The notes below the pieces were generated by a model. It ran no database searches, was not told the origin of the DNA, and worked only from the letters and a program-made list of their open reading frames with translations. From IMG/VR virus record IMGVR_UViG_3300027708_000015: 64,000 bases of DNA. One strand, 5' to 3'. The DNA comes from a virus. Lineage: Duplodnaviria > Caudoviricetes. This document shows, one piece after another, positions 1-9,800 of this stretch. How positions within the stretch are numbered: position 1 is the first letter of the stretch; the number at the start of each line of letters is the position of its first letter. The position numbers were made by a program, and so were the translations under genes.

Positions 1-165
1 TGTGCTGAGTTCTTGACGTTTAGCAAAATCAATGGCTGTGATGCCATACGGATTTAATTTCACGTTAGCAAACTCTTCTTCCAATTTAGCAAGTTCTGCG
101 CTAGCACCTTCTTTTTGCTCGGTAATTTTTACGATGATGGTTTGAAGTTGTTCTTTGTAGTTCAT
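1..165 (-). CDS. Hypothetical protein, 5' part only (runs off the window edge)
   Basis: ATG at 165 preceded by AAGGA; 55 open codons (MNYKEQLQTIIVKITEQKEGASAELAKLEEEF...) with coiled-coil-like composition. Not in the ORF track because it is truncated. Confidence 0.7.
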   Translation of the reverse strand, partial: MNYKEQLQTIIVKITEQKEGASAELAKLEEEFANVKLNPYGITAIDFAKRQELST

Positions 166-168
166 AGG

Positions 169-981
169 TTATCCTTTAGTCTTGTACTTATTTAAAATAG
201 TTATTACACGGCTTAGTCTTGAAGACAGCGAATCATTTGCTAAAAATGCACAGTTTGATGCATAGTTAAATTCGTGTTCTTTTTTAGTGTCATTATCAGT
301 AGCTGTATCTATTGTAACATCATAAAACGATCCGGACAAGGCTTTTCTTGAAATTGGAATAATTTGACACAACGGTGTTCCTGCTTTTACGGTAGTTGCT
401 CCATTTAACACTTTCCAGAATAATTGAATATTAACAACGTGTCCGTATTTGGGATCTAATATTCCAGTAGCTGCCGAGAATCTGCTTTCGTTGTTGTATG
501 TCACTGGCATTAGTAACAGTACTGTATCGTCACTTGCTTCAATTCGCCAAGGAGTTTCAACTTTCACTACAGTTTTCAATGTAGAAGTTTCGTCATCGAG
601 CAATGGTTCCGTTTGACTGCGAGTATGACTGTTGACATACGCTTCCATGCCAGGAGTGATTTTACTGAATCGATACGGTTGAGCCCAGTCAAAACTAATT
701 CCGTCACCGTTGGTGTTTATTGTAAAGTCTGCTGGGGCAGGTACTATCCAACCGCTTGACACAATCTTCTTAATGCCGGGGCAGTTTTTTGAAGATAGTG
801 TTTCTGGTTGATCACCCGGTTGAATATTTGATAAAAAATTACGATCGATAGATGATGATTTTACAATAGGAAATAGAGTTGCAGTACCTGGCTCTAGCGA
901 GTAAAAGCGAATAAAAGGTTTTGATTCTCTACGCATCCACCCAAACAGAGTTTTACACAGCGTGGTCATCTTTTCCGCCAT
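169..981 (-). CDS. Conserved phage hypothetical protein (DUF6065-like, often found near oxygenases/halogenases)
   Basis: 270 aa with motifs CPGI..GWIVPAPADF, KVETPWRI and GTPLCQIIP typical of this phage family as I recall it; overlaps the halogenase stop codon. Confidence 0.6.
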   Translation of the reverse strand: MAEKMTTLCKTLFGWMRRESKPFIRFYSLEPGTATLFPIVKSSSIDRNFLSNIQPGDQPETLSSKNCPGIKKIVSSGWIVPAPADFTINTNGDGISFDWAQPYRFSKITPGMEAYVNSHTRSQTEPLLDDETSTLKTVVKVETPWRIEASDDTVLLLMPVTYNNESRFSAATGILDPKYGHVVNIQLFWKVLNGATTVKAGTPLCQIIPISRKALSGSFYDVTIDTATDNDTKKEHEFNYASNCAFLANDSLSSRLSRVITILNKYKTKG

Positions 982-2569
982 AGATTTCTTTCTTCAAGAA
1001 TGCATAATGACTTGGTAATGTTTTCACGTAATCAATTACATAATCTCTATATTCTTCGTATCGACGTTTAGTGTATCCAATTTCTTCTTGTTTGAGCGTT
1101 TTAGCCTGTCTAGTACCATTAAAAAAGATTAGTTCTTTGGTCGAGATAGACTTAACCCCCATACCACCCGCAATAAACATATTGCCCACATACTCACCGT
1201 AATAGCGTTGATTACCAACAATGTTAGCCATCAAGTTGGGATACTGTGCCTGAGTCAACATGTAGTCTCCCATCTGGTCTGGGCAATACTCATGCAACTG
1301 GGTGCACCAGCGCCAATATGGAGTATCAGTTCTTTGAGAAAGTGCATAGTGTTGGCTAACGAAATCTCTAAAACGTAATACTTCGTTCTCAACAGAAAAG
1401 TTAAAGCCTTCAATTTCTGTACGAGTTATGTATCCCTGACGGCGATTCAACTGCTCCACAAGTTTGATAATATTTTCATGTGTAGTCAGCAATCCAGTTG
1501 ACTCAAGTGGTTCGACAAATCCATAACTCAGTCCAACTCCTACCACATTCTGCACCCATGCACGACGTCTGCGGCCGTGTTTGATCTTAACATGCATCAT
1601 TTCTGCATTTTCTGCACGTTCTTTTGATCCAGTAGTTGCCAAGTGATTGCGAAACTCACGCTTGGCTTCTTCGTCTGTGGTAAACTTGGATGAATAGCAA
1701 TAGCCTGTTCCTATGCGATTCCACAAGGGAATGTTCCATACCCATCCATTACCAAGTGCATGGCAGTCAGTAATATTGTGCATTTCTTTTTCGCGATCTT
1801 CATAAGGAATACGGCAGGCCCATGCACTGTCATTTGCCAAATACTTGTCAAACGATCTAAATTCTGATCCCATCCATCCTTCCAACAGCATTGATTTAAA
1901 TCCAGTACAGTCAATAAACAAATCTGCACGGAGTACAGTACCATCAACACACAAAATATCCGTTAAATTGCCAAGATAATCTTTTTTATAAGAATGAATC
2001 TCTGCATCAAGATGTGTAACTCCGTTGGGAATTGCAATTTTATTTTTCAAATACTGTCCTAGCAATTGTGCATCAAGATGATATGCAGTATCCCATGCAA
2101 AATCATAGTTACGCAAAATACCTTTTTCATCGCGGGTCTGTTTGTTGTATTTGGCCAGCATCGTGTTACCAGTACAATAAAATTCTGCAAAAGTCTCAGG
2201 AGTGTATTCTTCGGGATATAGCGTTGCCAGTTCTGACCATGCACCAGTGCCCGCAGGCTTGTCAGTAAAATCCAGCCCCGCACTGAACGGATATTCAAAA
2301 TGAGTGCCGTCGTTTTCTCTAAAGTTGGTAAAGCGGATAGAATTTTTGTAAGTGGCATTGCATTCTGCCATCCAGTCTTCATCCTTCAATCCCAGCATAC
2401 CAAAAAATTTATTGATATGTCCAAGAGTACTTTCACCCACTCCAATAGTACCTATCTTTATAGACTCTACCAATGACACTTTTAAATGAGGGCATAGTTT
2501 TGATAATGCGGCCGCAGTCATCCAGCCAGAACTACCACCACCAACAATCATTACCGTTTTTATCTGCAT
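953..2569 (-). CDS. Tryptophan halogenase family flavin-dependent halogenase
   Basis: GGGSSG FAD-binding motif, GVGEST, ATYKNSIRF (position of the catalytic Lys), WVWNIP (WxWxIP) and FVEPLESTG (FxxPxxSxG). Confidence 0.92.
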   Translation of the reverse strand: MQIKTVMIVGGGSSGWMTAAALSKLCPHLKVSLVESIKIGTIGVGESTLGHINKFFGMLGLKDEDWMAECNATYKNSIRFTNFRENDGTHFEYPFSAGLDFTDKPAGTGAWSELATLYPEEYTPETFAEFYCTGNTMLAKYNKQTRDEKGILRNYDFAWDTAYHLDAQLLGQYLKNKIAIPNGVTHLDAEIHSYKKDYLGNLTDILCVDGTVLRADLFIDCTGFKSMLLEGWMGSEFRSFDKYLANDSAWACRIPYEDREKEMHNITDCHALGNGWVWNIPLWNRIGTGYCYSSKFTTDEEAKREFRNHLATTGSKERAENAEMMHVKIKHGRRRRAWVQNVVGVGLSYGFVEPLESTGLLTTHENIIKLVEQLNRRQGYITRTEIEGFNFSVENEVLRFRDFVSQHYALSQRTDTPYWRWCTQLHEYCPDQMGDYMLTQAQYPNLMANIVGNQRYYGEYVGNMFIAGGMGVKSISTKELIFFNGTRQAKTLKQEEIGYTKRRYEEYRDYVIDYVKTLPSHYAFLKKEIYGGKDDHAV

Positions 2570-2593
2570 AATTTATCCTTTGCTATTGCCGAG

Positions 2594-2601
2594 TATTTAT
2601 A
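2594..2601 (-). promoter_or_regulatory. T4-type late promoter TATAAATA
   Basis: Exact T4 gp55 consensus 24 nt upstream of the halogenase ATG; the window encodes a gp55-like sigma factor. Confidence 0.8.
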
Positions 2602-2624
2602 ACCACAGAGTTTTGCAGTCGTTA

Positions 2625-2649
2625 AAAAAGGCGCTTCAAGCGCCTTTTT
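2625..2649 (-). terminator. Intrinsic terminator, possibly bidirectional
   Basis: AAAAAGGCGC-TTCAA-GCGCCTTTTT inverted repeat with A/T tracts on both sides, just after the 164-aa ORF. Confidence 0.85.
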
Positions 2650-2666
2650 GTATAATATACTAGATA

Positions 2667-3161
2667 TTATTGTCCAAATCCTTTCCATCCAGGATAACGT
2701 TTCCATGCTGGTAATTCAGGAGTAGATATTTGATGTGGATTATCAACATGTGGCTCCATAGTATTCGCACGAATCATCATTTCTTCCATTGTGATCGGTA
2801 CTTCGTAAACTGGTTTTTCAATTAGATTTTTTACGTTTTGAATGTGAGCGAACCACACACTTGTTTCAGCACTTAATGCTCCGTGCTCTTTGATGTCGTC
2901 AAATATCTGACCTAATTGAGCTCCTATTTCACCGTATGCCACTTTACGAGCAACTTCGTTACTGGTAAATGCGCCTTCTCGTTCAATCCATATCATTTCT
3001 TGACGGCTGGGACTCCATTCAAGTGTCCATTCTTTTTGGATTTCGTCTGGGGCGTCTACCCATACAAATGTGGCATCTGGACCTTCGTAGATCTCAAAAT
3101 GCTCGCCTGGATCTCTAATGTCCTGGACATAACCTTGATATGTTACTAGTGCTTTTTTCAT
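2667..3161 (-). CDS. Hypothetical protein, last gene of the fibre cluster (possible fibre chaperone)
   Basis: 164-aa acidic ORF directly after three Gly-rich fibre genes; no SD, late promoter 5 nt upstream. Confidence 0.6.
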   Translation of the reverse strand: MKKALVTYQGYVQDIRDPGEHFEIYEGPDATFVWVDAPDEIQKEWTLEWSPSRQEMIWIEREGAFTSNEVARKVAYGEIGAQLGQIFDDIKEHGALSAETSVWFAHIQNVKNLIEKPVYEVPITMEEMMIRANTMEPHVDNPHQISTPELPAWKRYPGWKGFGQ

Positions 3162-3165
3162 AATG

Positions 3166-4020
3166 TTATTTATACTCCTCGATGACTATAATTCCTGGTC
3201 TTCCATCTGAACCCCTGTGTCCAGTGAAATAACCGCCTGTGCCCCCAGAACCTGGAGCCGCATGACCTTGATGATTGTGACTAAAATGTCCACCTTGTGG
3301 ATGACCGCTGGGTGCTGGGCCACCAAAGTGACTGGTGCCGCCGGGTCCAAATGAGTGGTGATGTGAGCCACCTGATCCAGTATGAATGTTTAGATCGCCT
3401 CCTGAGCCACTACCACTAACTCCGCCTGAGTGTTGATTTTGTCTATTTGCCCCATGACCAGCTGATGCTGAGCAGTAAGGGCCAAATGAACTGGCGCCGC
3501 CGTCGCCACCTGCACCTGAATAGTATGTGCCGCCACCACCACCCCCAACAGTAACAGTCACTGAACCAATACCTGTTACATCCAATACACGTTCACTGTA
3601 TCCACCGGCAGCTCCTGATTCTCCGTGCCCGCTTGCACCACCACCACCAGCTTGACATTTGACCTTGATGAATCTGACACCAGCTGGTCTGTTCCATGTA
3701 CCGCCACCGGTAAATACCTGCATACTTGAAAAACCAAGTTTGGCATACTCGTAACCGTTGGCACTGCTGTTGGTTCTAAGTGCTGTATTGGCTCCGCCTA
3801 CACTAGTAAGTGCAGTACCACCCTTGCTGATTGGCATGGCATTGGCTACAATAGTTGAAGTATAGTTGATTGCGCTGTTGCTAATTTTTGCCGCAGTCAC
3901 GTTGCCATCGGCAATGTTGCCTGATGAAATGGTACTATTTGCAATATTAGAGGTCACTAACGTACCGTCAGTAATTGCGGCACTATTAATATTTTTTAAT
4001 GTTTGATAGTCAAACGCCAT
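3166..4020 (-). CDS. Gly/His-rich tail fibre or adhesin-like protein, paralog 3
   Basis: Starts MAFDYQTLKN; has DGxVTAAKI-type repeats and a C-terminal GGGG-rich domain ending GSDGRPGI. Confidence 0.75.
   Translation of the reverse strand: MAFDYQTLKNINSAAITDGTLVTSNIANSTISSGNIADGNVTAAKISNSAINYTSTIVANAMPISKGGTALTSVGGANTALRTNSSANGYEYAKLGFSSMQVFTGGGTWNRPAGVRFIKVKCQAGGGGASGHGESGAAGGYSERVLDVTGIGSVTVTVGGGGGGTYYSGAGGDGGASSFGPYCSASAGHGANRQNQHSGGVSGSGSGGDLNIHTGSGGSHHHSFGPGGTSHFGGPAPSGHPQGGHFSHNHQGHAAPGSGGTGGYFTGHRGSDGRPGIIVIEEYK
3167..3174 (-). promoter_or_regulatory. Late promoter TATAAATA overlapping the upstream stop codon
   Basis: TATAAATA-ACATT-ATG; its TAA is the stop of 3166..4020. Confidence 0.7.
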
Positions 4021-4030
4021 AATTTACCTT

Positions 4031-4894
4031 TTAATAATATTCCGTGATCACACAAATTCCTGGACGTCCATCTGAACCTCTGTGTCCACTGAAATAACCG
4101 CTGGTGCCGCCTGTACCCGGTGCTGAATGGCCTTGGTGAATGTGACTAAAGTGTCCGCCTTGTGGGTGGCCGCTGGGTGCTGGCCCGCCGAAGAATGTGC
4201 TTCCGCCCATGCCTGAACTACGCTGTTCGTGACCACCGCCTGATCCTTGGTACAAATTCACATCTCCGCCTGATCCAGTACCACTAACACCACCGTTGTG
4301 TTGATTTTGTCTATTTGCGCCATGCCCGCCTGATGCTGAGCAATAAGGCCCAAATGAGCTTGCACCACCATCGCCACCTGCACTTGAATAGTATGTGCCG
4401 CCGCCTTGGCCGCCTATGGTAATACCCACAGAATTAATACCGCTTTGCATCACTTCAAGCACACGCTCGGTATATCCGCCTGCGGCTCCTGATTCACCAT
4501 GACCCGACGCTCCGCCGCCGCCAGCTTGTAGCTGAATGTGAATATAGCGCACGTTGGCGGCTCTAGTCCATGTGGCGTTGCTGGTGAATACCTGCATTCT
4601 ATAGATGCCCGACGGTACAAAGTTCAATGCGTTATTGGCACTGTTGGTTGCTAGAACCTGGTAAGCTGAACCTACACCACTGAGACTGGTACCGCCCTTG
4701 GATACCGGAGTAACTCCTGTAACTGTGCCCGATGTCAAATCTACCGAGCTAGTGGCAAATTCGTTTGCAGTCAGAGTTGTACCTACAAATTTGTTTGTTG
4801 TAACCTGCTGTGAACCAATGTCTGAACCAGTAATAGTGTTTGCAATAAACGATGATGCAACTAAATTTTTAAGTGTTTGATAATCAAATGCCAT
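4031..4894 (-). CDS. Gly/His-rich tail fibre or adhesin-like protein, paralog 2
   Basis: Same N-terminus and collinear Gly-rich C-terminal domain as its neighbours. Confidence 0.75.
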   Translation of the reverse strand: MAFDYQTLKNLVASSFIANTITGSDIGSQQVTTNKFVGTTLTANEFATSSVDLTSGTVTGVTPVSKGGTSLSGVGSAYQVLATNSANNALNFVPSGIYRMQVFTSNATWTRAANVRYIHIQLQAGGGGASGHGESGAAGGYTERVLEVMQSGINSVGITIGGQGGGTYYSSAGGDGGASSFGPYCSASGGHGANRQNQHNGGVSGTGSGGDVNLYQGSGGGHEQRSSGMGGSTFFGGPAPSGHPQGGHFSHIHQGHSAPGTGGTSGYFSGHRGSDGRPGICVITEYY

Positions 4895-4905
4895 ATATGC
4901 CTCTA

Positions 4906-5757
4906 TTAATAGTAATTAGTAACAATAACAATACCGGGCCTGCCATCTGATCCTCTATGTCCGTGGAAGTGTGCGCCTGCACCACCAGTTCCCGGAGCAG
5001 TATGGCCTTGATGCACATGTGCAAAATGTCCGCCTTGTGGGTGGCTACTCGGGGCGCCACCGCCAAAATATGTATCTGCACAGCTTTGTGCTGAATAAGC
5101 ATGGTGGCTTAGGCCGCCACCCATGTGTAGGTTTAAGTCACCGCCTGAGCCTACACCACTAACACCACCTGAGTGTTGATTTTGTCTATTTGCGCCATGG
5201 CCAGCTGATGCAGAGCAGTATGGTCCAAATGAACTTGCGCCGCCATCGCCGCCTGCGTTGGCATAATATGTGCCACCGCCTCCGCCGCCAATGGTGACAG
5301 TCACTGAACTGATACCAGTTACATCCAAGAATCGTTCACTGTACCCGCCAGCGCCACCACCTTCTCCATGTCCTGATCCACCGCCTGCGCCTGCTTGACA
5401 CTGCACTCTGATGTATCGCACTCCGCTTGGTCTATTCCATGTACCACCGCCAGTGAACACACTGAGTCCTTGAATACCATGATTGGTAAAACTCAAATTG
5501 CCGCCGTCACTGTAAATTGCTTGATTGGCACCTGGAAAACTGGTTAATTGTGTACCCCCTTTACTGTAAGGCAAAGTGCCGGTGGTCACTGATGACGTGT
5601 TGTCAATGGCTCCGCTAGCAAGTTTTGCCGCAGTAATATTGCCAGCAACAATTGTTGTGGCTGTGACACTGTTATCAGACAAGTCAGCAGTGGCCACAGT
5701 ACCGTCAATGACTGCGTCAGTACGTATGTTCTTGAGTGTTTGATAGTCAAACGCCAT
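4906..5757 (-). CDS. Gly/His-rich tail fibre or adhesin-like protein, paralog 1
   Basis: Same N-terminus and collinear Gly-rich C-terminal domain as its neighbours. Confidence 0.75.
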   Translation of the reverse strand: MAFDYQTLKNIRTDAVIDGTVATADLSDNSVTATTIVAGNITAAKLASGAIDNTSSVTTGTLPYSKGGTQLTSFPGANQAIYSDGGNLSFTNHGIQGLSVFTGGGTWNRPSGVRYIRVQCQAGAGGGSGHGEGGGAGGYSERFLDVTGISSVTVTIGGGGGGTYYANAGGDGGASSFGPYCSASAGHGANRQNQHSGGVSGVGSGGDLNLHMGGGLSHHAYSAQSCADTYFGGGAPSSHPQGGHFAHVHQGHTAPGTGGAGAHFHGHRGSDGRPGIVIVTNYY

Positions 5758-5769
5758 GTTATTCCCTTA

Positions 5770-6537
5770 TTAAATACCTGTTGCCACTAACCAACCTGGA
5801 TTGGCTGCGCCTGAGTACAGTAGGACAAATGCGGCACCGTTGGTTGATACTGTCATAGTATCTGCCACACGCTGAATTCTGTTACCACCGGGAGCAATAG
5901 TCAAGTTACGGGAACTGAGTGTTCCAGCATAGTCAATAATATGTACCATGTCGCCCGAGGCTGGACTAGATGGTAAAGTCATGGTAAATGCAGTGACTCC
6001 AGTATCGATAAAATATCTACCACCAGCAGTGGCTGTAAAACCTGCACTTTTTACTGACCAAGCCTGTCCATAGTTAGTTTGCAAATAATTTAGGTGTACC
6101 AAATCATAAGATGTGGTTATTGTTTGAGCGGAACTGGTTTGAATCAAAGTGCCAGTCATAGACACGTTGGCTGCCGCTGTCAATAATCCAGTTGCATTGA
6201 TAGTGGATGATAACTGTGGGCCGCCTTCATTGTTGGTTACAATAAAGTCAGTGCCGTCTGATGTTAGTGTATACACTGCATTGGCAGGAATAATCTGTGT
6301 GGTGGCTGCTGTAAAACCAGGACCTTTGATGTTGCCAGTTGGTGAAGCAATTGTTACGTTGCCGCCAGTGGCATTGTAAAATAGTTGTGATATACCAGAA
6401 AATAAGTTTGGTGCAGACAACGTTACAGTGTAACCCGATGACCCTGTCAAAGTGGTAACTAAACCTTGGGTTGGAGCTCCAACAGTAACGGCCCCGCTTG
6501 AAACAGATGTCGGATTAACGGTGTTATAACGTGCCAT
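5770..6537 (-). CDS. Virion structural protein with T4 gp9/gp10-like domain
   Basis: C-terminal GGRYFIDT..FTMTLPSSPASGDMVHIIDYAG...NLTI pattern matches the gp9/gp10-like repeat. Confidence 0.6.
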   Translation of the reverse strand: MARYNTVNPTSVSSGAVTVGAPTQGLVTTLTGSSGYTVTLSAPNLFSGISQLFYNATGGNVTIASPTGNIKGPGFTAATTQIIPANAVYTLTSDGTDFIVTNNEGGPQLSSTINATGLLTAAANVSMTGTLIQTSSAQTITTSYDLVHLNYLQTNYGQAWSVKSAGFTATAGGRYFIDTGVTAFTMTLPSSPASGDMVHIIDYAGTLSSRNLTIAPGGNRIQRVADTMTVSTNGAAFVLLYSGAANPGWLVATGI

Positions 6538-6547
6538 AATATCTCAC

Positions 6548-6868
6548 TTATACTGTAGATGTTTCAATGCCGTAAACGTTTGCGTTTACACCAGAGGCGC
6601 TGGAATATGCAACTATTAATAAGTTTCCGTTGGCCACTAGCCCACTGCGTTCAAAAACACCCTTGGGGATGATTGTTGTATCGTACTCGATATATTCACT
6701 GGTCGCAGGTGTAGCCAATGTTGCTATTGCCAATCGAATAGTCACTGATGTAGAGTTTGTATTTGTAAATGAAACGTTAAACACTGCGTAGTTATTACTC
6801 GGTACAGTATACACTGTAGTTAGAGTAGTAGCTGCCAGTGCAAAAGTTCCTAATCTTCCTGTTGCCAT
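6548..6868 (-). CDS. Small virion structural protein, paralogous to 27220..27771 and 31921..32247
   Basis: 106-aa beta-rich protein with shared pattern ..V/I.xN......V.L/V...; SD GGAGA upstream of the preceding giant gene is part of the same operon. Confidence 0.6.
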   Translation of the reverse strand: MATGRLGTFALAATTLTTVYTVPSNNYAVFNVSFTNTNSTSVTIRLAIATLATPATSEYIEYDTTIIPKGVFERSGLVANGNLLIVAYSSASGVNANVYGIETSTV

Positions 6869-6886
6869 TTTAATTTCTCCAAAATT

Positions 6887-9800
6887 TTATTTCTGTCCAA
6901 AGAATATCAAAGCCACTGGTGCTCCGTCTATTCCGCCTGTAAAGTTCATTTTACTTGTAACGTTAATTGTTGTTGTACCAGTAACTGTTGCTGCCAATCC
7001 TATAGAGTTGTTTGCAATATATACCTGTCCAGCTGTCAGTGTATTTACGTTCAAACTGCTTGATCCGCCACCAATTTGAGCTGTAATATAGCTTTTAATT
7101 GCTTTCTGTGTTGGAACAATATTATCGCTATTGGCTGTAAAGTATGGATCTGTACTAAATTGTGTAATAGTAGCTGATCCAACCCCCAAGTTAATAGCAC
7201 CCAATGTCAAACTCTGCAAACCAGCCAAGTTAAACGCACTGGCATTCAATGTAGCAGTACCAGTTGACTGTTGAACTCCAAACAAGTTACCCACGTTAAA
7301 GTTACCGTCTTGGTCAGTTGACGTAAAGAACACACGTCCGCCAGCTACAGGATACTGTTGATTTGCCTGTATCGCGTTGGCCGCATTGACATATGGGTAG
7401 TTGGTCTGTGTTTGATTTCCAGTACCAATGTACAAGAAATCATGTCCAGTCAAGCGTACTTGACTGTATTTCAATCTTGTAGTGATTGTAGTGTTGTGTA
7501 CACCTGCTGTAGCAGTGGTCAGTGCAGGATTCACTTGGAATGTGGCTGTGTAATTGCCAGCAATTCCCAATTGATTGCTGATAGTAACTAATTTGTACCA
7601 AGTGTTTGGATTTTGTCCCACATAGCTTAGTGTTGCTGTACCATCACTTACACTTGAACCAGTGCTTGTCGGAGCAGTTGATCCTGTAGTACCACCGTTA
7701 GAAACAGTATATACATTGTAGTAATAAGTTGTTGTACTGCCAACTACAACTGAGTTGGTTGCAATTAACTGTACACCAGTTCTAACCACTGTGTTTGCAG
7801 TCCAAGGAACACCAGTATATGTAGTACCAAACTGAACGTTTGCACCTGGACTTGGCATACTGTACAATCCAGCCACGTTGATATATGCACTGTTTTGGAA
7901 CAAGTCGGAATATCCATCACCAAGTGTAGATACAGTTCCTGTAGCGTTGCCTGCACCTTTGTTGGTAATACTTGGATTGCCTAAAATACCATTTCCAGTA
8001 CGCACACGAGTTGCCGCAGTTTTAACTCTGTTGGTATCAAACTGTTGAACCAATGGTCCCACAGTGTAAATCATACCAGTTGGTGTAGTTGATGTCAGTG
8101 CAACCGGTGTTGTACTGCCTGATGTAGCAGTAACTTGGAATGTAGATGCTCCCACACTTGAACCAATCACATAATAAGTGGTGTTGGTTGTCAATGTACC
8201 GCTGGCTACACTAAATTCAACTGGATAATTGTTGGCAATACTGGTTGGCATGTTGGTAGTATCATCTACAACCAACACTGGTTGTACAGTTGCAACTACA
8301 GTCAATGCCGAAGTTGTTCCCGCAGTTGCCGCACTGCCTGTTGGTGTTGTAGCTACCGATAAACTTGTACCTGAACTTGCTTGTACATAATAAACTACAG
8401 GACTGGCTGATATAGATCCAACTGCACTGGCAAATGTAATTGGTGCTCCAACTGTTAGTGTGGCGCTTGCACTCAATGTGATTGTAGTACCGCTACTAGA
8501 GTTGACTGTCACAGTAGTTTGTGCAACTGTTGAACTAACGTTGCCTTTGGCAAATCCGCTACCTGGTTCAACCATACGTATTTCTGTAATCACTCCGCTG
8601 GCCGCCTTCATGCGTCCCAGTGGTTGAGTTCCAGTTCTAATGCTGGCGGCCGCTGTGGTACCTTGTGTGGTCACTGCAACAAACAATGGTTGAGCTCCTA
8701 ATGTAGCACTGATTGGGTTGCCAAATGCTATACTGCCCCAGTTTGTGCTGGTTGGCAATGTTGTTCTATACCAGTTGATACCGTCCCAGCTGGTTGCTGC
8801 CACAGTACCTTGTGCCACTGCAACAAACTGACCTTGACCGTATGTGATTGCTGTCCAAGTATATGTGGATGACAACACACTTGTGGTTGTGCCAGTACAT
8901 GATGGTGCCGTGGTCCAACCTGCAACAGATTGTGTTCCGCCGTTGTTGATACTGTAGGCAATCTTGCCACTTGTTCCCAGTACCACATATCGATTATTAC
9001 CATAAGCAATACTTACTGCATCTGTAAATCCTGACGGTAAGTTGGCACCCTGAGTCCATGTATTGGCATTTTGCGTAACACTGGTTATCAATGCACCGTT
9101 TTGAACAGCTACAAAGTATGATCCGCCGTATGTAACTGCTGAATAATAGCCAGACACTAGAGCTGTGATGTTTGATGAGCGATTGGTCCAGCCGCTCACA
9201 ATATCTGAAGTAGATACTGCGGTAGCTGTACCGCTTGCGCCGCCCACTGCCACATATACACCGTTGCCATATGCTAGTGAACGCAAGTTCAATACAGTGG
9301 TTGTGGTGTTGGTCCAACTGGTACCGTTGTTTGAACTGTAACTGGTATTTGTACTTGTGCTTGCACTGTTGCTTATTGCTACAAACTTTGCACTGGTATC
9401 AGTTATTGTCACTGTTGGTGTACTGGTATAGCCGTATCCTGCAACGCTTAGTGGTAATGCACTTACACCGTTATTGGTCAATGTTGGCGATGCCACTTGA
9501 GCTTGTGTAGCAATGTAAGTGAAGTACGCACTACCGTTCTGAATATTTGTATAACCAGACGTAGTTGTATAATCAAATGATGGAATTGTAGCACTTGTCG
9601 TACCAGCTGTTATACATAGATAAATTCTTCCGGCTGCTGTTTGATAGTATGTCCCCTGTGTTGCCGAAGCACTTTGCGGATATGCCGTTGGGCTTAATCC
9701 TTGTGGCTGACTTACTGTGATTTGTGGACTACTAAAATAATTACGACCGTATTGATTGGCAGTGATACTTGCCAAAATTGAAGTATTAGCAGTCACAGTT

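Noticed and set aside
3166-5757. Diversity-generating retroelement acting on the fibre paralogs
   Set aside because: No reverse transcriptase in the window, no non-coding template repeat, and differences are not adenine-specific.
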